64,000 bases of DNA from an uncultured Nitrososphaerales archaeon (GTDB lineage Archaea > Thermoproteota > Nitrososphaeria > Nitrososphaerales > Nitrososphaeraceae). Within the stretch, counting starts at the first letter, position 1, and each line of letters opens with the position of its first letter. The notes under the pieces are model-generated. The model saw only the letters and a program-made list of their open reading frames with translations. It was not told the DNA's origin and did no database searches. Positions 52,538 to 62,896 of this stretch are shown here, piece after piece. The translations under genes and the position numbers were made by a program. The stretch spans positions 160,001 through 224,000 of the forward strand of contig CAVOHZ010000010.1 in NCBI GenBank assembly GCA_963695855.1. Direction: 5' to 3'.

Positions 52538-53380
52538 ATGGACGAGAAAGAAGAAGTAATTGCGGAGATGAGGCATGATATAAACCTTAGATCAAATGAT
52601 GGTAAAACTCTTGTATATTCGACTCCCGAATTTAAGAACATTGTATTAAAAAATCCTATTTTAATTGCAGGATTTCCTGGTCCTGGACTGGTGGGTTCTA
52701 TATCTGTAAATTATATGATAGAAAAATTGCAGATCAGACAGATTGGATGTGTAGAATCTGAGTTTATCATTCCTGGAGTTATATATTATGATGGAAGATT
52801 GAGACATCCATTTAGACTCTATTCAAATCATGAAGGCTCTTTATGTGTACTAGTATGTGAAGCGCCAATTTTGATAAGAGGAATAAGTTCCGTGTTAAAT
52901 CTTGTAATGAAATGGTGTAATAATAATAATGTACAGGAAGTTCTGGTGCTAGGAGGATATTCTAGACCCGGTCTGGATGATTCAAAGAGAGAACCTTATA
53001 TATTTTCAAGTATAAATGAAGATAACGTACAAAAAACAAGTTTTGACAGAAAAATAATCAAGACTTATCTAGAACCGACTACTTTTATCGGAGGAATACC
53101 GGGGGGTTTATTATCATCCTCTCTTGCAAACAACATTCCATGTACTGCATTATTCATTCCAACACGAGATGACCTACCAGACGCGGAAGGTGCTGCTATC
53201 ATAATAGAAGAAATTAATAGAATAACTAAGGATGAAAAGCTAAGGGTCGATACAGCTCAATTAAGAGAAGAAGGAGAAAATTTGAAAAAAAGAATGTTAG
53301 AATTTATTGAATCTCTCCGCAAAGAAGTTTCTAGAGTACAGAAGGCATCGGGGGAGGCAGAGCCAATTATTTATGGATAA
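52538..53380 (+). CDS. PAC2 (proteasome assembly chaperone) family protein
   Basis: GFPGPGLVGSI, HPFRLY, PDAEGAA. Confidence 0.88.
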   Translation: MDEKEEVIAEMRHDINLRSNDGKTLVYSTPEFKNIVLKNPILIAGFPGPGLVGSISVNYMIEKLQIRQIGCVESEFIIPGVIYYDGRLRHPFRLYSNHEGSLCVLVCEAPILIRGISSVLNLVMKWCNNNNVQEVLVLGGYSRPGLDDSKREPYIFSSINEDNVQKTSFDRKIIKTYLEPTTFIGGIPGGLLSSSLANNIPCTALFIPTRDDLPDAEGAAIIIEEINRITKDEKLRVDTAQLREEGENLKKRMLEFIESLRKEVSRVQKASGEAEPIIYG

Positions 53381-53874
53381 GCAGAAAAAAGTATCGATAT
53401 TTTCTAGCCACATATCCAATAGATTGTGTTAATTTACAGACTGGATGATTATTCAAAAAATGGCACAGGATATTAGTAGTTATAAATCGATTAAATTATT
53501 TTTTAAAGTAAAAATGGGCCAAAATGGATACAAATTATATGATTAATCAAATATTTGGTTTTATTTTTTGCGAGAAGATTTAAAGAAATGAAATTACAGA
53601 ATGTAAGTTAAATTAAATCCAGTCATATCCAGAGCTTCAAATAAATAAATTATAAGGAAGAACATATCTTGCGATCTGTACATTACGATGTCTCTTCCTG
53701 ATTAACTTATGTACTAGTAAAATAGCAATATTAATTTAATGATATGATTTTAATGGTTTTTTGTATGCTTTTGGTTTTCTATAGTTTTTTTGCCAATTAC
53801 AATTTTTTTCTTTTGTTGAATTATGTTTTGCATTTTTATCTTTTAATTATAAGAGATTAAAAAAATAAAATACA

Positions 53875-55101
53875 TCATGTGGAATCAGAATCTATTTTAT
53901 TAATTTTTTTATTAGCGCTCTCCAAGAATCCTCGGCGCTTTCTAGTATACTTTAAGATCTCATCATAATCAGCTCTTTCTTGCGCCGCATTTAGTATGTC
54001 TGTTTTACTCACGAGACCTATCAGTTTGAAATCATCATCAACTACAAATATTCTATTCATCCTTTTTCGAACTAATTGTTCTAAAGCATTATTAACTTGC
54101 ATGTCTGATTTCATAACTATCAAACTTGATAGTGGTTGCATGATATCCATAGTTTTTTTTTCAAAAAGTGATTCTCCTTTCTCTAAAATATCATCTGTTG
54201 TAACCATTCCGAGTAGCACGGATCGATCATCAATGACCGGGAATGATCCCTTTCTATATACATCAAAGTAATCAGAAATCAAATTTCTTATTGATAAATC
54301 AGGTTTTACTGAGACAAAACTTGTATTCATTATATCCTTTAACCTCATATCTTTGAGGAGATTTGACAATTCAAACTGTTGCAGATATGCTTTCGCCCCA
54401 CTTTGAATAAACCATCCTATGAGTATCAACCATAAACCCCCAATCGGAGAGGCCCTAATAAGCACTACAATGCCTAATCCAATTAGAACAAATGAGATGA
54501 TTATTCCAACTTGCACAGATATTTTCGTTGCACGCTGATAATCCAGCCATCTAACCAAGGCAGCCCTTAACATCCTTCCACCATCCATAGGAAAAGCGGG
54601 AAGCAGATTAAAAGCACCTAACAGCATATTCACAATAAAACCATAAAGTAAAACTCCTTTCAATACTTGAAGGTATGATGGTCCTGCTTCTGTTATTTCG
54701 GGACTAATGAAGGTAATTAAAAGAAAAAATGATAAAAAAATGCCCCCCACACCAAAACTTGTTAACGGTCCTATTACAGCAATTTTGAATTCTTTTCTGA
54801 AATCCCGTGTTTCCTCTTTAATCTCAGAAATGCCTCCAAATATAAATAGAATTATTTGATCTACTTTTACTCCATATTTGGTTGATAAAATAGAATGTGC
54901 TAATTCATGGACCAATACAGAAACAAACAATATAATCGCGCCAGTGACTCCCATCACAACATACTCTGTTCTCGTCAAGTTAGGATAGTAATGTGGCATA
55001 AATCCGACTGATAAGGTCCAAGTTAGAAAAACAAAGATAAAGATCAATGTAAAATGTAATTTTATCGGAATATTTTTAATTTTTAATATCTGAAATGACA
55101 T
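53875..55101 (-). CDS. Site-2 protease (M50) with C-terminal CBS pair
   Basis: HELAH, FNLLPAFPMDGGR, two CBS domains. Confidence 0.93.
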   Translation of the reverse strand: MSFQILKIKNIPIKLHFTLIFIFVFLTWTLSVGFMPHYYPNLTRTEYVVMGVTGAIILFVSVLVHELAHSILSTKYGVKVDQIILFIFGGISEIKEETRDFRKEFKIAVIGPLTSFGVGGIFLSFFLLITFISPEITEAGPSYLQVLKGVLLYGFIVNMLLGAFNLLPAFPMDGGRMLRAALVRWLDYQRATKISVQVGIIISFVLIGLGIVVLIRASPIGGLWLILIGWFIQSGAKAYLQQFELSNLLKDMRLKDIMNTSFVSVKPDLSIRNLISDYFDVYRKGSFPVIDDRSVLLGMVTTDDILEKGESLFEKKTMDIMQPLSSLIVMKSDMQVNNALEQLVRKRMNRIFVVDDDFKLIGLVSKTDILNAAQERADYDEILKYTRKRRGFLESANKKINKIDSDST

Positions 55102-56328
55102 AACCTGATATAGTAAGGTTATAGAATTTAAGGAATTTGTTCTTTATCAAATATGCCTAGATATTTAATTTGTATATCAATATATGAGAGCTGAAAAATT
55201 AGTATTAAAGTTTAAATATATTCAAGACTTTTAGAATGAAAATCCAAAATCAGTGTTCTGGTATTGAATGGTGAGGAATAGTTTGTTGGTGACTGGTATC
55301 GCTAGAGATAAGTGAAGCCTGATGTCAACACAAAATGACTACTTGATGAATTTCTTGAGTCCGGTTTTACTTGTAGGAGATCGGATATAGATAGTGCAAG
55401 TCATTTACAGTATGTAACAAATAAAGACTATTCAGATAAGTGTTTTTGATAGCGCAACTCATGAAGTAAAACAACAATTCCTGTTGGAACCATCATACAG
55501 ACTATTTCTGATTATCCAAGTGAAAATAAGACGCATATCGCTTATGTTGACAAGCGTTATGTTGACAAGCCGGATATAATTAGAATTCACCGTATAAATC
55601 AACGCGATGGAGACAATAAATGAAAGTGGTTTTAATTCAATTGAGAGGTATGTTATGAAGATAATGACAGACTATACGGATCAATAAAATTTGAGAATAG
55701 TATCTTCGTTTTAGGTTCCAATTTATAATCGTGGAGGCTTCTGATCTTCAATTGGCTACGATTTCTAATGAAATTCCTGGTACTGTCAAATTTTATCTAC
55801 TACAGATTACTTTATCGCAAGCTATTATTGAATAATAGACTGCAGGTGTAAACATGAAGGTTAATTCAAATAACCATGGAAAACCAAATATCAAGATAGC
55901 TAGTTGGACTCTTGACGGATGTGATCTTTTTGATCATGGATCAAAATTTTTGATATGTATACAGAAAATTATAAGATGATATCATGAGATCATGATGACA
56001 GTTAACTTAAGGAGTATTTGTTGCTAAACAAAAAAATAATATTGATTTCCATAAATTGCAAGTTGATGGGAAGATAAGAGATTACAAGAAATTCATAATA
56101 ATTTATGGTAAAAATATTGATGTATTTGTTATTAAAAGTGTGAGATCTTAGTAATTGGAAATAGTTAATCAAATCAACGAATTAATACTAGAAAACATGA
56201 AAGATTTTTGTTGTAATAATAGATATGCCTACAAAAAATAACGAGTCCGTGTTGTAAAGTTAAAATCAAGAATTCAAAAGAAAATTAAAAGTATTTATGG
56301 TAATATGTTATAAAATATTCAAACAAAT

Positions 56329-56748
56329 TTGAGCGAATCTAAGGATATTTCAGCCAGTTATGACACTATATTAAAAGAAAGTGCTTTATTAACAACGTTC
56401 TCTGGAATTTTATTTGGATTCATATTAAATATTTCCATTAATCCTCCGATATCTTTTTCATACATTGATAAGGTTCTATTACTTATTGCATTGTATTCAA
56501 TCACCGTTGCGGCATGTCTTTTTGTCATGCCGATTATTTATCATCATATTCAATATCCATACTATGACATTGAGAAAATTAGAAAAAGAAGTCATAGATT
56601 TATATTCACTGGACTTATTCCAGCCGGGATAACACTGGTATTAGGTTTAGATATTGCAAGCTCAGCGTTGATTAACAGACCCGAGGCTTTTATTCTGTCT
56701 ATGATACCAATCATAATGGTTCTGATATTATATATTAAAAGAAAATGA
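56329..56748 (+). CDS. Small membrane protein (DUF6328-like)
   Basis: Four TM segments; GILFGF, MP..YH. Confidence 0.65.
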   Translation: MSESKDISASYDTILKESALLTTFSGILFGFILNISINPPISFSYIDKVLLLIALYSITVAACLFVMPIIYHHIQYPYYDIEKIRKRSHRFIFTGLIPAGITLVLGLDIASSALINRPEAFILSMIPIIMVLILYIKRK

Positions 56749-56945
56749 TATCTTGTTGACAAATATATAGTAAAAAATTTTTTTTAACGTCGTCAATTCT
56801 AAATATGATTTATGCAGGTAGGAATTGCTAGAGTCATATTAATAAATAATAATATAAATAATAAAAAAAACTTTGCATAATAAAGATTTTATAATAACAA
56901 AAATATGATGCTATAAATACACTATATATATATCAATTTAAAGAA

Positions 56946-58730
56946 ATGAAAACAAATATTGAATTATCTAAATTATTTCGTAAAATAGCTTATTTAATGC
57001 AAGTAGATCATGATACCGAAAAAGATCCAAATGCGAGGTTTAAAATCAGAGCATATCTTAGAGCGGCAGAAACAATTGAAAATTTATCTGCAGATTTGGA
57101 AGAAATATACCAAAAAAATGGTATTAAGGGATTAGTAAGCATCCCTTCTATAGGAAAAGCAATCGCTTTAAAAATCGAAGAATATATTAAAAATGGAAAA
57201 ATTCAGTTTTTTGAAGAATTAACAACAAGAATTCCCATAAATATAGATGAATTCTATGATCTGGAAGGAATTGGCATAGGTCCAAAAACCGTGAAAATAC
57301 TTTATGAGAATTTGAATGTGAGAACGTTAGAAGATTTGGAGCATTATGCCAAATATGGAGAGTTGAGAAAAGTAAAGGGCTTTTCTATTAAAAAGGAAGA
57401 ATCAATTTTGAAAAAAATTAAAGCACTAAAAAATGTCAACAAAAAGAGATACCTTCTTGGAGATATTTATCCCGTTGCAAAAACTATCGAGAAGCTCCTG
57501 GAAAAATGTAAAGATGTAAAAAAAGTAGCAATTACAGGTTCATTTAGAAGAATGAAAGAAACTGTAGGTGATATCGATTTTCTAGTAGAATCTGATAATC
57601 CTGATCATGTTATTAAATATTTTATCTCTCTGCCACAAATGGAGCAAATAATCGCAAAAGGTGAAACGAAGGTATTCGGAAGACTGGTTAACGGGATAGA
57701 TACCGACCTATTGGTGGTGCAAAAGAGCAGTTTTGGATCTGCATTACAATATTTTACTGGAAATAAAGAACATAACATAGAGTTAAGAAAAATTGCACTA
57801 ACAAAAAAATATAGACTTAATGAATGGGGTCTTTTTAAAAGCAGTGGAGAAAAAATAGCCGGTACAAATGAAGAAGAAATTTACAATGAGCTGGGACTTA
57901 CCTGGATTCCCCCAGAATTGAGAGAAAACCATGGAGAGATTGAAATTTCTTCTGATTATTTCTCCAGAAAGGAATTCATCTCAAATCTGGTAGAATATGG
58001 ATCTCTAAAAGGCGATCTACAAGTTCATACAATATCATCTGATGGTACAAAATCTATAGAAGAGATGGGTGCCTCAGCCAGAGATGAATTTGGATTAAAC
58101 TACATAGCAATTACAGATCATACTAAGAGCTTAAAGATAGCAAACGGATTAGATGAAAATAGATTAATAAATCAAATAGAAGAGATAAATGAAATTAATG
58201 ATAATCTAAAAGAAAAAAATTCAAAAAATAATTTTAAGATTCTTTCATCTGCTGAAGTAGAAATATTAAAGGATGGAACATTAGACATGAAAAACAACAT
58301 CCTAGAAAACCTAGATATAGTTGGTGCATCGATTCATTCTAATTTCAGTCTTCCCTCCGAAGATCAAACAAAGAGAGTAATTGCTGCATTAAAAAATCCT
58401 CATGTAGATATATTATTCCATCCAACCGGCCGTATAATCAATAAGAGAGAGGGGTATGATATTGACATAGATAAAGTGATAGAAGTTGCTAAAGATACAA
58501 AAACTGTACTTGAGATTAACGCCCACTATAATAGACTTGATTTAAAGGATGAATACGTTAGAAAGGCTATCAATTATAATGTTAAACTTGCCATTAATTC
58601 AGATGCACATCATCCACTTCATTTTTCATTTTTAGTCTTCGGAATAGGACAGGCAAGGAGAGGATGGGCAAAACAATCTGACATAATTAATACATTACCA
58701 GTACATGAAATGCTTCGAAATTTAAAATGA
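56946..58730 (+). CDS. polX: DNA polymerase X with PHP domain
   Basis: RAYLRAA, GSFRR, GDIDFL, YFTG; PHP motifs VHT..SDG, TDH, NSDAH. Confidence 0.94.
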   Translation: MKTNIELSKLFRKIAYLMQVDHDTEKDPNARFKIRAYLRAAETIENLSADLEEIYQKNGIKGLVSIPSIGKAIALKIEEYIKNGKIQFFEELTTRIPINIDEFYDLEGIGIGPKTVKILYENLNVRTLEDLEHYAKYGELRKVKGFSIKKEESILKKIKALKNVNKKRYLLGDIYPVAKTIEKLLEKCKDVKKVAITGSFRRMKETVGDIDFLVESDNPDHVIKYFISLPQMEQIIAKGETKVFGRLVNGIDTDLLVVQKSSFGSALQYFTGNKEHNIELRKIALTKKYRLNEWGLFKSSGEKIAGTNEEEIYNELGLTWIPPELRENHGEIEISSDYFSRKEFISNLVEYGSLKGDLQVHTISSDGTKSIEEMGASARDEFGLNYIAITDHTKSLKIANGLDENRLINQIEEINEINDNLKEKNSKNNFKILSSAEVEILKDGTLDMKNNILENLDIVGASIHSNFSLPSEDQTKRVIAALKNPHVDILFHPTGRIINKREGYDIDIDKVIEVAKDTKTVLEINAHYNRLDLKDEYVRKAINYNVKLAINSDAHHPLHFSFLVFGIGQARRGWAKQSDIINTLPVHEMLRNLK

Positions 58731-58793
58731 AAGATATCGATTTTTATTTCAAAATTTCCTGTTAATAAAAATAATATAGATCTAGAAATTTAT

Positions 58794-59754
58794 TGTATTA
58801 TCCCATGACATATGTTACACTGTTTTACTTGGTAAGAGTAAGGAGTGTTGTTACACCAGATGCAGTATAAAAGAGATTTAGAAAAGATAAGAAGATGGTG
58901 TATAAGACGTAAACTGGAAGGAGGATGGAAAGTAACCGACATCTGTAAACATGTACACATATCAAGAATGAGTTTCTACAGATACTGGAACAGTTACAAC
59001 AAGGAAGGATTGGATGGACTAAAAGATAGATCTAAAAGACCACATAGAATTCATAGAACAGATAAAAAGATAGAAAATAAAATAGTGCAGTTAAGAAAGA
59101 AATACCATTACTGTCCACACAAGATACAGGGAACTCTTGCTAATCAATACAACTTAAAGGTTGGACATATGACAGTATACAGAATTTTATGCAAAAGCGG
59201 ATTGAACAATAATCCTATCACAAAACCCAGGAAGAAGAGAAAATACTTACGATTTGAGCGTAAATTTCCAAATGAATTATGGCAGATTGACCTAAAAGTT
59301 ATTGAAAAGGAAGGAATTTGGTTGATATCCATTTTTGACGATCATAGCAGATATGTGTTATCATCTATCAAATGTATAGAAGGTACATCAGATAGGATCA
59401 TCTCTCTATTGAAACGAACAATCAGAAAGTATGGAAAACCATTACAGATACTGACAGACCATGGTTCACAATTCTATAATTCACGTTCTAAATTGAAATC
59501 AGATTTTGATTCTTTCTGCAAGGAACATGACATACAACATGTTATGGGTGGTATAGGAAAACCTACTACATTGGGAAAGATAGTGGGAAAGATAGAGAGA
59601 TGGCATCGCACATATGATGTAGAGAGACCCAGATTCAAAAGACATGAGCAATTCATTAAATACTATAATAATAAAAGAGTACATATGTCATTGAACTACA
59701 TAACACCAGTACAAGTGTATAATAGGAGTGTAACACATGTGGTGGGATAATACA
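58794..59754 (+). mobile_element. IS481-like element, 961 bp, 16-bp target duplication
   Basis: 27-bp imperfect TIR tgtattatccca..tgttacac; flanking agatctagaaatttat at 58778-58793 and 59755-59770. Confidence 0.92.
58845..59750 (+). CDS. IS481-family transposase (HTH + rve integrase core)
   Basis: WQIDLK, DDHSR, TDHGSQF, GKIERWH; carries a 12-bp in-frame duplication. Confidence 0.9.
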   Translation: MLLHQMQYKRDLEKIRRWCIRRKLEGGWKVTDICKHVHISRMSFYRYWNSYNKEGLDGLKDRSKRPHRIHRTDKKIENKIVQLRKKYHYCPHKIQGTLANQYNLKVGHMTVYRILCKSGLNNNPITKPRKKRKYLRFERKFPNELWQIDLKVIEKEGIWLISIFDDHSRYVLSSIKCIEGTSDRIISLLKRTIRKYGKPLQILTDHGSQFYNSRSKLKSDFDSFCKEHDIQHVMGGIGKPTTLGKIVGKIERWHRTYDVERPRFKRHEQFIKYYNNKRVHMSLNYITPVQVYNRSVTHVVG

Positions 59755-59939
59755 AGATCTAGAAATTTATAAATTGAAAAATATATTCTTCGTTCTAGTA
59801 TTTCGAATTTTGTACTGAATGACAATTAAGGAGGGAAAATATTTTTCAAAATATTGATTTTATTGACTACTAGAAAGAAAGAAATAAAAATAATCTTAAA
59901 GTATTTAAATACAAATTACAATATTAACAAATATAATAA

Positions 59940-60416
59940 ATGACACAGGATAAAGAGACTATAGGAACCATTTTAGTTCCGCATGATGGAACAGAGATGT
60001 CTGATAAGGCCCTAAAGAAAGCCGAATTACTTGCAAGAGCTTCGGATTCTCAGATTATTCTTATACATGTTATTGATGACAGATTTATAGCTTCTAGTGA
60101 TGCAATGAAATTTATCAAGGACAAGACGTCATTAGAAAATGCAAAAGTACAATTAATAAAAAGTTTGAGGGAAGGAGCTGAATCAATGTTGAAAAGTAAA
60201 GTAGAATATTTCAAGGAAAGAAACACACCTATAACATCTGTTTTGACTGTTGGATCACCAGCTGATCAAATTCTACAGACAGCAAAGGAAAAAAATGTAG
60301 GTCTAATTATCATTGGTAGTAGAAGATTTGAAGGGAATGATAAGGTAAAAATGTTAGGTAGTGTTGCAAGGAAAGTATCGGAATTATCTTCATGTCCTGT
60401 ATTAATAGTTCATTAA
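59940..60416 (+). CDS. Universal stress protein
   Basis: ILVPHDGT, GSPADQI, LGSVARKV..CPVLIV. Confidence 0.92.
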   Translation: MTQDKETIGTILVPHDGTEMSDKALKKAELLARASDSQIILIHVIDDRFIASSDAMKFIKDKTSLENAKVQLIKSLREGAESMLKSKVEYFKERNTPITSVLTVGSPADQILQTAKEKNVGLIIIGSRRFEGNDKVKMLGSVARKVSELSSCPVLIVH

Positions 60417-60515
60417 TGTTTTTGAGAACAGGAACATGATTGTCATCTATTTTAGTGAGATGAATTTGGGTTTCAACCTACTGAAAAGAATATTATAATG
60501 AATATTTGAAATTAA

Positions 60516-61916
60516 TTATACAAACTTTGAGAGATTAGATGCTATAATATTTAATGGCTCCCACACCGGTGAAATTGGTGGTACGTAACAGGCATCATAA
60601 CTCCAAAGATCGTTAATAGTGGCTTTTTTTAATAGAGCTAATGCAACAATATCTAACCTTCCCTTTACTCCTTCGCCGCCAATAATTTGAGCTCCTAAAA
60701 TTTGTTGAGTCTTTTTATCCGCTAGAATTTTAATCGAAATTGATTTGCTATCAGGATAATATCCGGCTCTGGTAATACTGTTTATATCCGTTTCAATAGG
60801 ATCAAAACCATTTTTTCTAGCTTCTTCTGTGCTAAGACCTGTTTTTCCTATAAATAAATCAAATGTCTTTGTGATAGCACTGCCTGCAATTCCCCTAAAA
60901 ATTGCTTGGCCGCCTGCCGAGTTCTCGCCAGCTACTCGTCCCTGTTTGTTAGCAGTAGTTCCCAAGGGCAGATAAGTGTCTTTACCCGTCACATAATTTT
61001 CAGCAGTAGCGCAGTCACCTGCGGCAAAAATATTTGAAATGTTTGTGTGCATATACTTATCAACCTTTATTGCGTGACTAATTCCAAGTTTTATCCCTGC
61101 ATCGAAAGCTATTTCACTATTTGGTTTAACACCAGTTCCAAAAACTAAAAAATCTGAAAGTATGGTTTTCCCTTTATTTGTTACTACCCCTTCGAATTTT
61201 TGATCTCCTAAAATTTTTTCAACTCTTTCTCCTAGTACTATTTTTATTCCATTATTTTCCAATTCCTGTTTAACAATTAATGACATGTCTGTGTCTATTA
61301 TTTTAGGTAATATTGAATTACCCGATCCAACAAGAGTCACTTCCAAACCTTGTTTTTTAAATGCTTCAACTATTTCAACCCCTATTAGACCAGCTCCGAC
61401 TACCACACAAGAATTTGGACGGTTATTTTCTAAAAAACTTTTTATCGCGATCCCATCGTTTAAAGTTCGTAAGGTAAACATCCCGTTATTGATGTTTTCT
61501 ATTCCTTGTAACGCTGGTATAACAGCACCCGCTCCAGTTGCGATAACGAGAGAGTCATAACTTATTATTTTATTAATGTTTTTTTCTTTATAAACAGAAT
61601 CACTAACAATTATTTGCTTTTTAGAGGGTATTATTTTCAATGCCGACGTGTTTAGCAAAATATCAATGCCATATTTACTTTGAAATTCGTCTGCGGTTCT
61701 AGCAATCAGTTCTGAAAAATCACCGATTAATCCTTCAAGAACGTAAGGAAGCCCACAAGAGCCATAAGATACAGTTGATTCCTGTTGTATTATGGTAACA
61801 TTAGCATCAGGATTGATTCTTTTTGCTTTTGATGCTGCACTAGTTCCTGCAGCAACACCACCTATAATGACTATATCTTTTGGTTTCTTATTCGCGTCAG
61901 CAGAAAATTTGGTCAT
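60516..61916 (-). CDS. CoA-disulfide reductase / NADH oxidase-like flavoprotein
   Basis: GGVAAG, SYGSCGLPY, GAGLIG, AAGD, ANKQGR, YVPP. Confidence 0.88.
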   Translation of the reverse strand: MTKFSADANKKPKDIVIIGGVAAGTSAASKAKRINPDANVTIIQQESTVSYGSCGLPYVLEGLIGDFSELIARTADEFQSKYGIDILLNTSALKIIPSKKQIIVSDSVYKEKNINKIISYDSLVIATGAGAVIPALQGIENINNGMFTLRTLNDGIAIKSFLENNRPNSCVVVGAGLIGVEIVEAFKKQGLEVTLVGSGNSILPKIIDTDMSLIVKQELENNGIKIVLGERVEKILGDQKFEGVVTNKGKTILSDFLVFGTGVKPNSEIAFDAGIKLGISHAIKVDKYMHTNISNIFAAGDCATAENYVTGKDTYLPLGTTANKQGRVAGENSAGGQAIFRGIAGSAITKTFDLFIGKTGLSTEEARKNGFDPIETDINSITRAGYYPDSKSISIKILADKKTQQILGAQIIGGEGVKGRLDIVALALLKKATINDLWSYDACYVPPISPVWEPLNIIASNLSKFV

Positions 61917-61961
61917 AGAGGCATTAATATTTTAACATATAAAAGAATAGATCTATTACGT

Positions 61962-62033
61962 GATTGATTCTTTTTGCTTTTGATGCTGCACTAGTTCCTG
62001 CAGCAACACCACCTATAATCACTATATCTTTTG
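61962..62033 (-). repeat. 72-bp duplicate of the 5' coding part (61811-61882) of the adjacent flavoprotein gene
   Basis: One mismatch; offset 151. Confidence 0.92.
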
Positions 62034-62326
62034 AATTTGAAGAGAATCAAAATATCAAAAGAATTAAAGTAATTATAAAAGTTTTATAAATTTGGAACTA
62101 TTATTTTCTAGAAGCTAGGTTCTTGTAAAAATCTACACACTTACAAATTACGCAATAAAAATATCTTTGAAACACTCACATAGTAAAGATTTTTTATATC
62201 TTAAAAAATACGTAGCTGTCAACACATTAAATGATAAAATATATAATTATTAAGTGACATCAAAAAAAGATTGTATTATCAGATAAATCAGAATCGTCAT
62301 TAACAAAAAGAAAATACGTTACGTTA

Positions 62327-62782
62327 CTACTGATTTTCTAGTAACATATATCTTGACATCGCCATTAAGACAGGATCCTTTGGTTCTTTTTCGCACATTT
62401 TTCTTCCAATGTCTCCAGAGGTAACTATACCGTATAAGGTATTATCCCTTACTACAGGAAGTCTTCTAATTCGATATTTTGTCATAATCCTTGCAATTTG
62501 ATCCAAGTATGTTTCGGGTGCTATCGTAATTAATGGTTGTGACATTACTTCCTGTGCGCTCGTAGTTTTAGGATCTTTATTTTTACTCACTACCCTTCTG
62601 ACTATATCTCTTTCTGTAATTATTCCTACAGGACGATCTTTTTCTGTTATTATTATACAACCAACGTTCTTTAGAGTCATTTTTTCAGCGATATCATAAA
62701 TATTGTTTGTTACATCTGCAGTTTCTAGTGGAATTGGTGTCATTGCTGACTCGATAGCTACTTTGTTATAGTTATTGCTCAT
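62327..62782 (-). CDS. CBS domain pair protein
   Basis: VGIITERDIV, VMSQPL, IRRLPV..GIVT; likely start at 62782. Confidence 0.9.
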   Translation of the reverse strand: MSNNYNKVAIESAMTPIPLETADVTNNIYDIAEKMTLKNVGCIIITEKDRPVGIITERDIVRRVVSKNKDPKTTSAQEVMSQPLITIAPETYLDQIARIMTKYRIRRLPVVRDNTLYGIVTSGDIGRKMCEKEPKDPVLMAMSRYMLLENQ

Positions 62783-62896
62783 ATGTGGTTTAAAAAAAAT
62801 TATTGCTTTTATATGATTGGTGTGCAATGCATTACAGAGTATCATGTAAAAATACCAAAGAGGACAGACATTTTAGCATAATACAATATTCCTAGA

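Noticed and set aside
55136-55149. FNR-like box ttgttctttatcaa upstream of the site-2 protease
   Set aside because: A single imperfect match in AT-rich DNA, not found before the neighbouring stress genes.
55240-55960. Coding-like composition in a long intergenic region
   Set aside because: Probably a decayed gene, but I could not recognise a family or reconstruct a frame.
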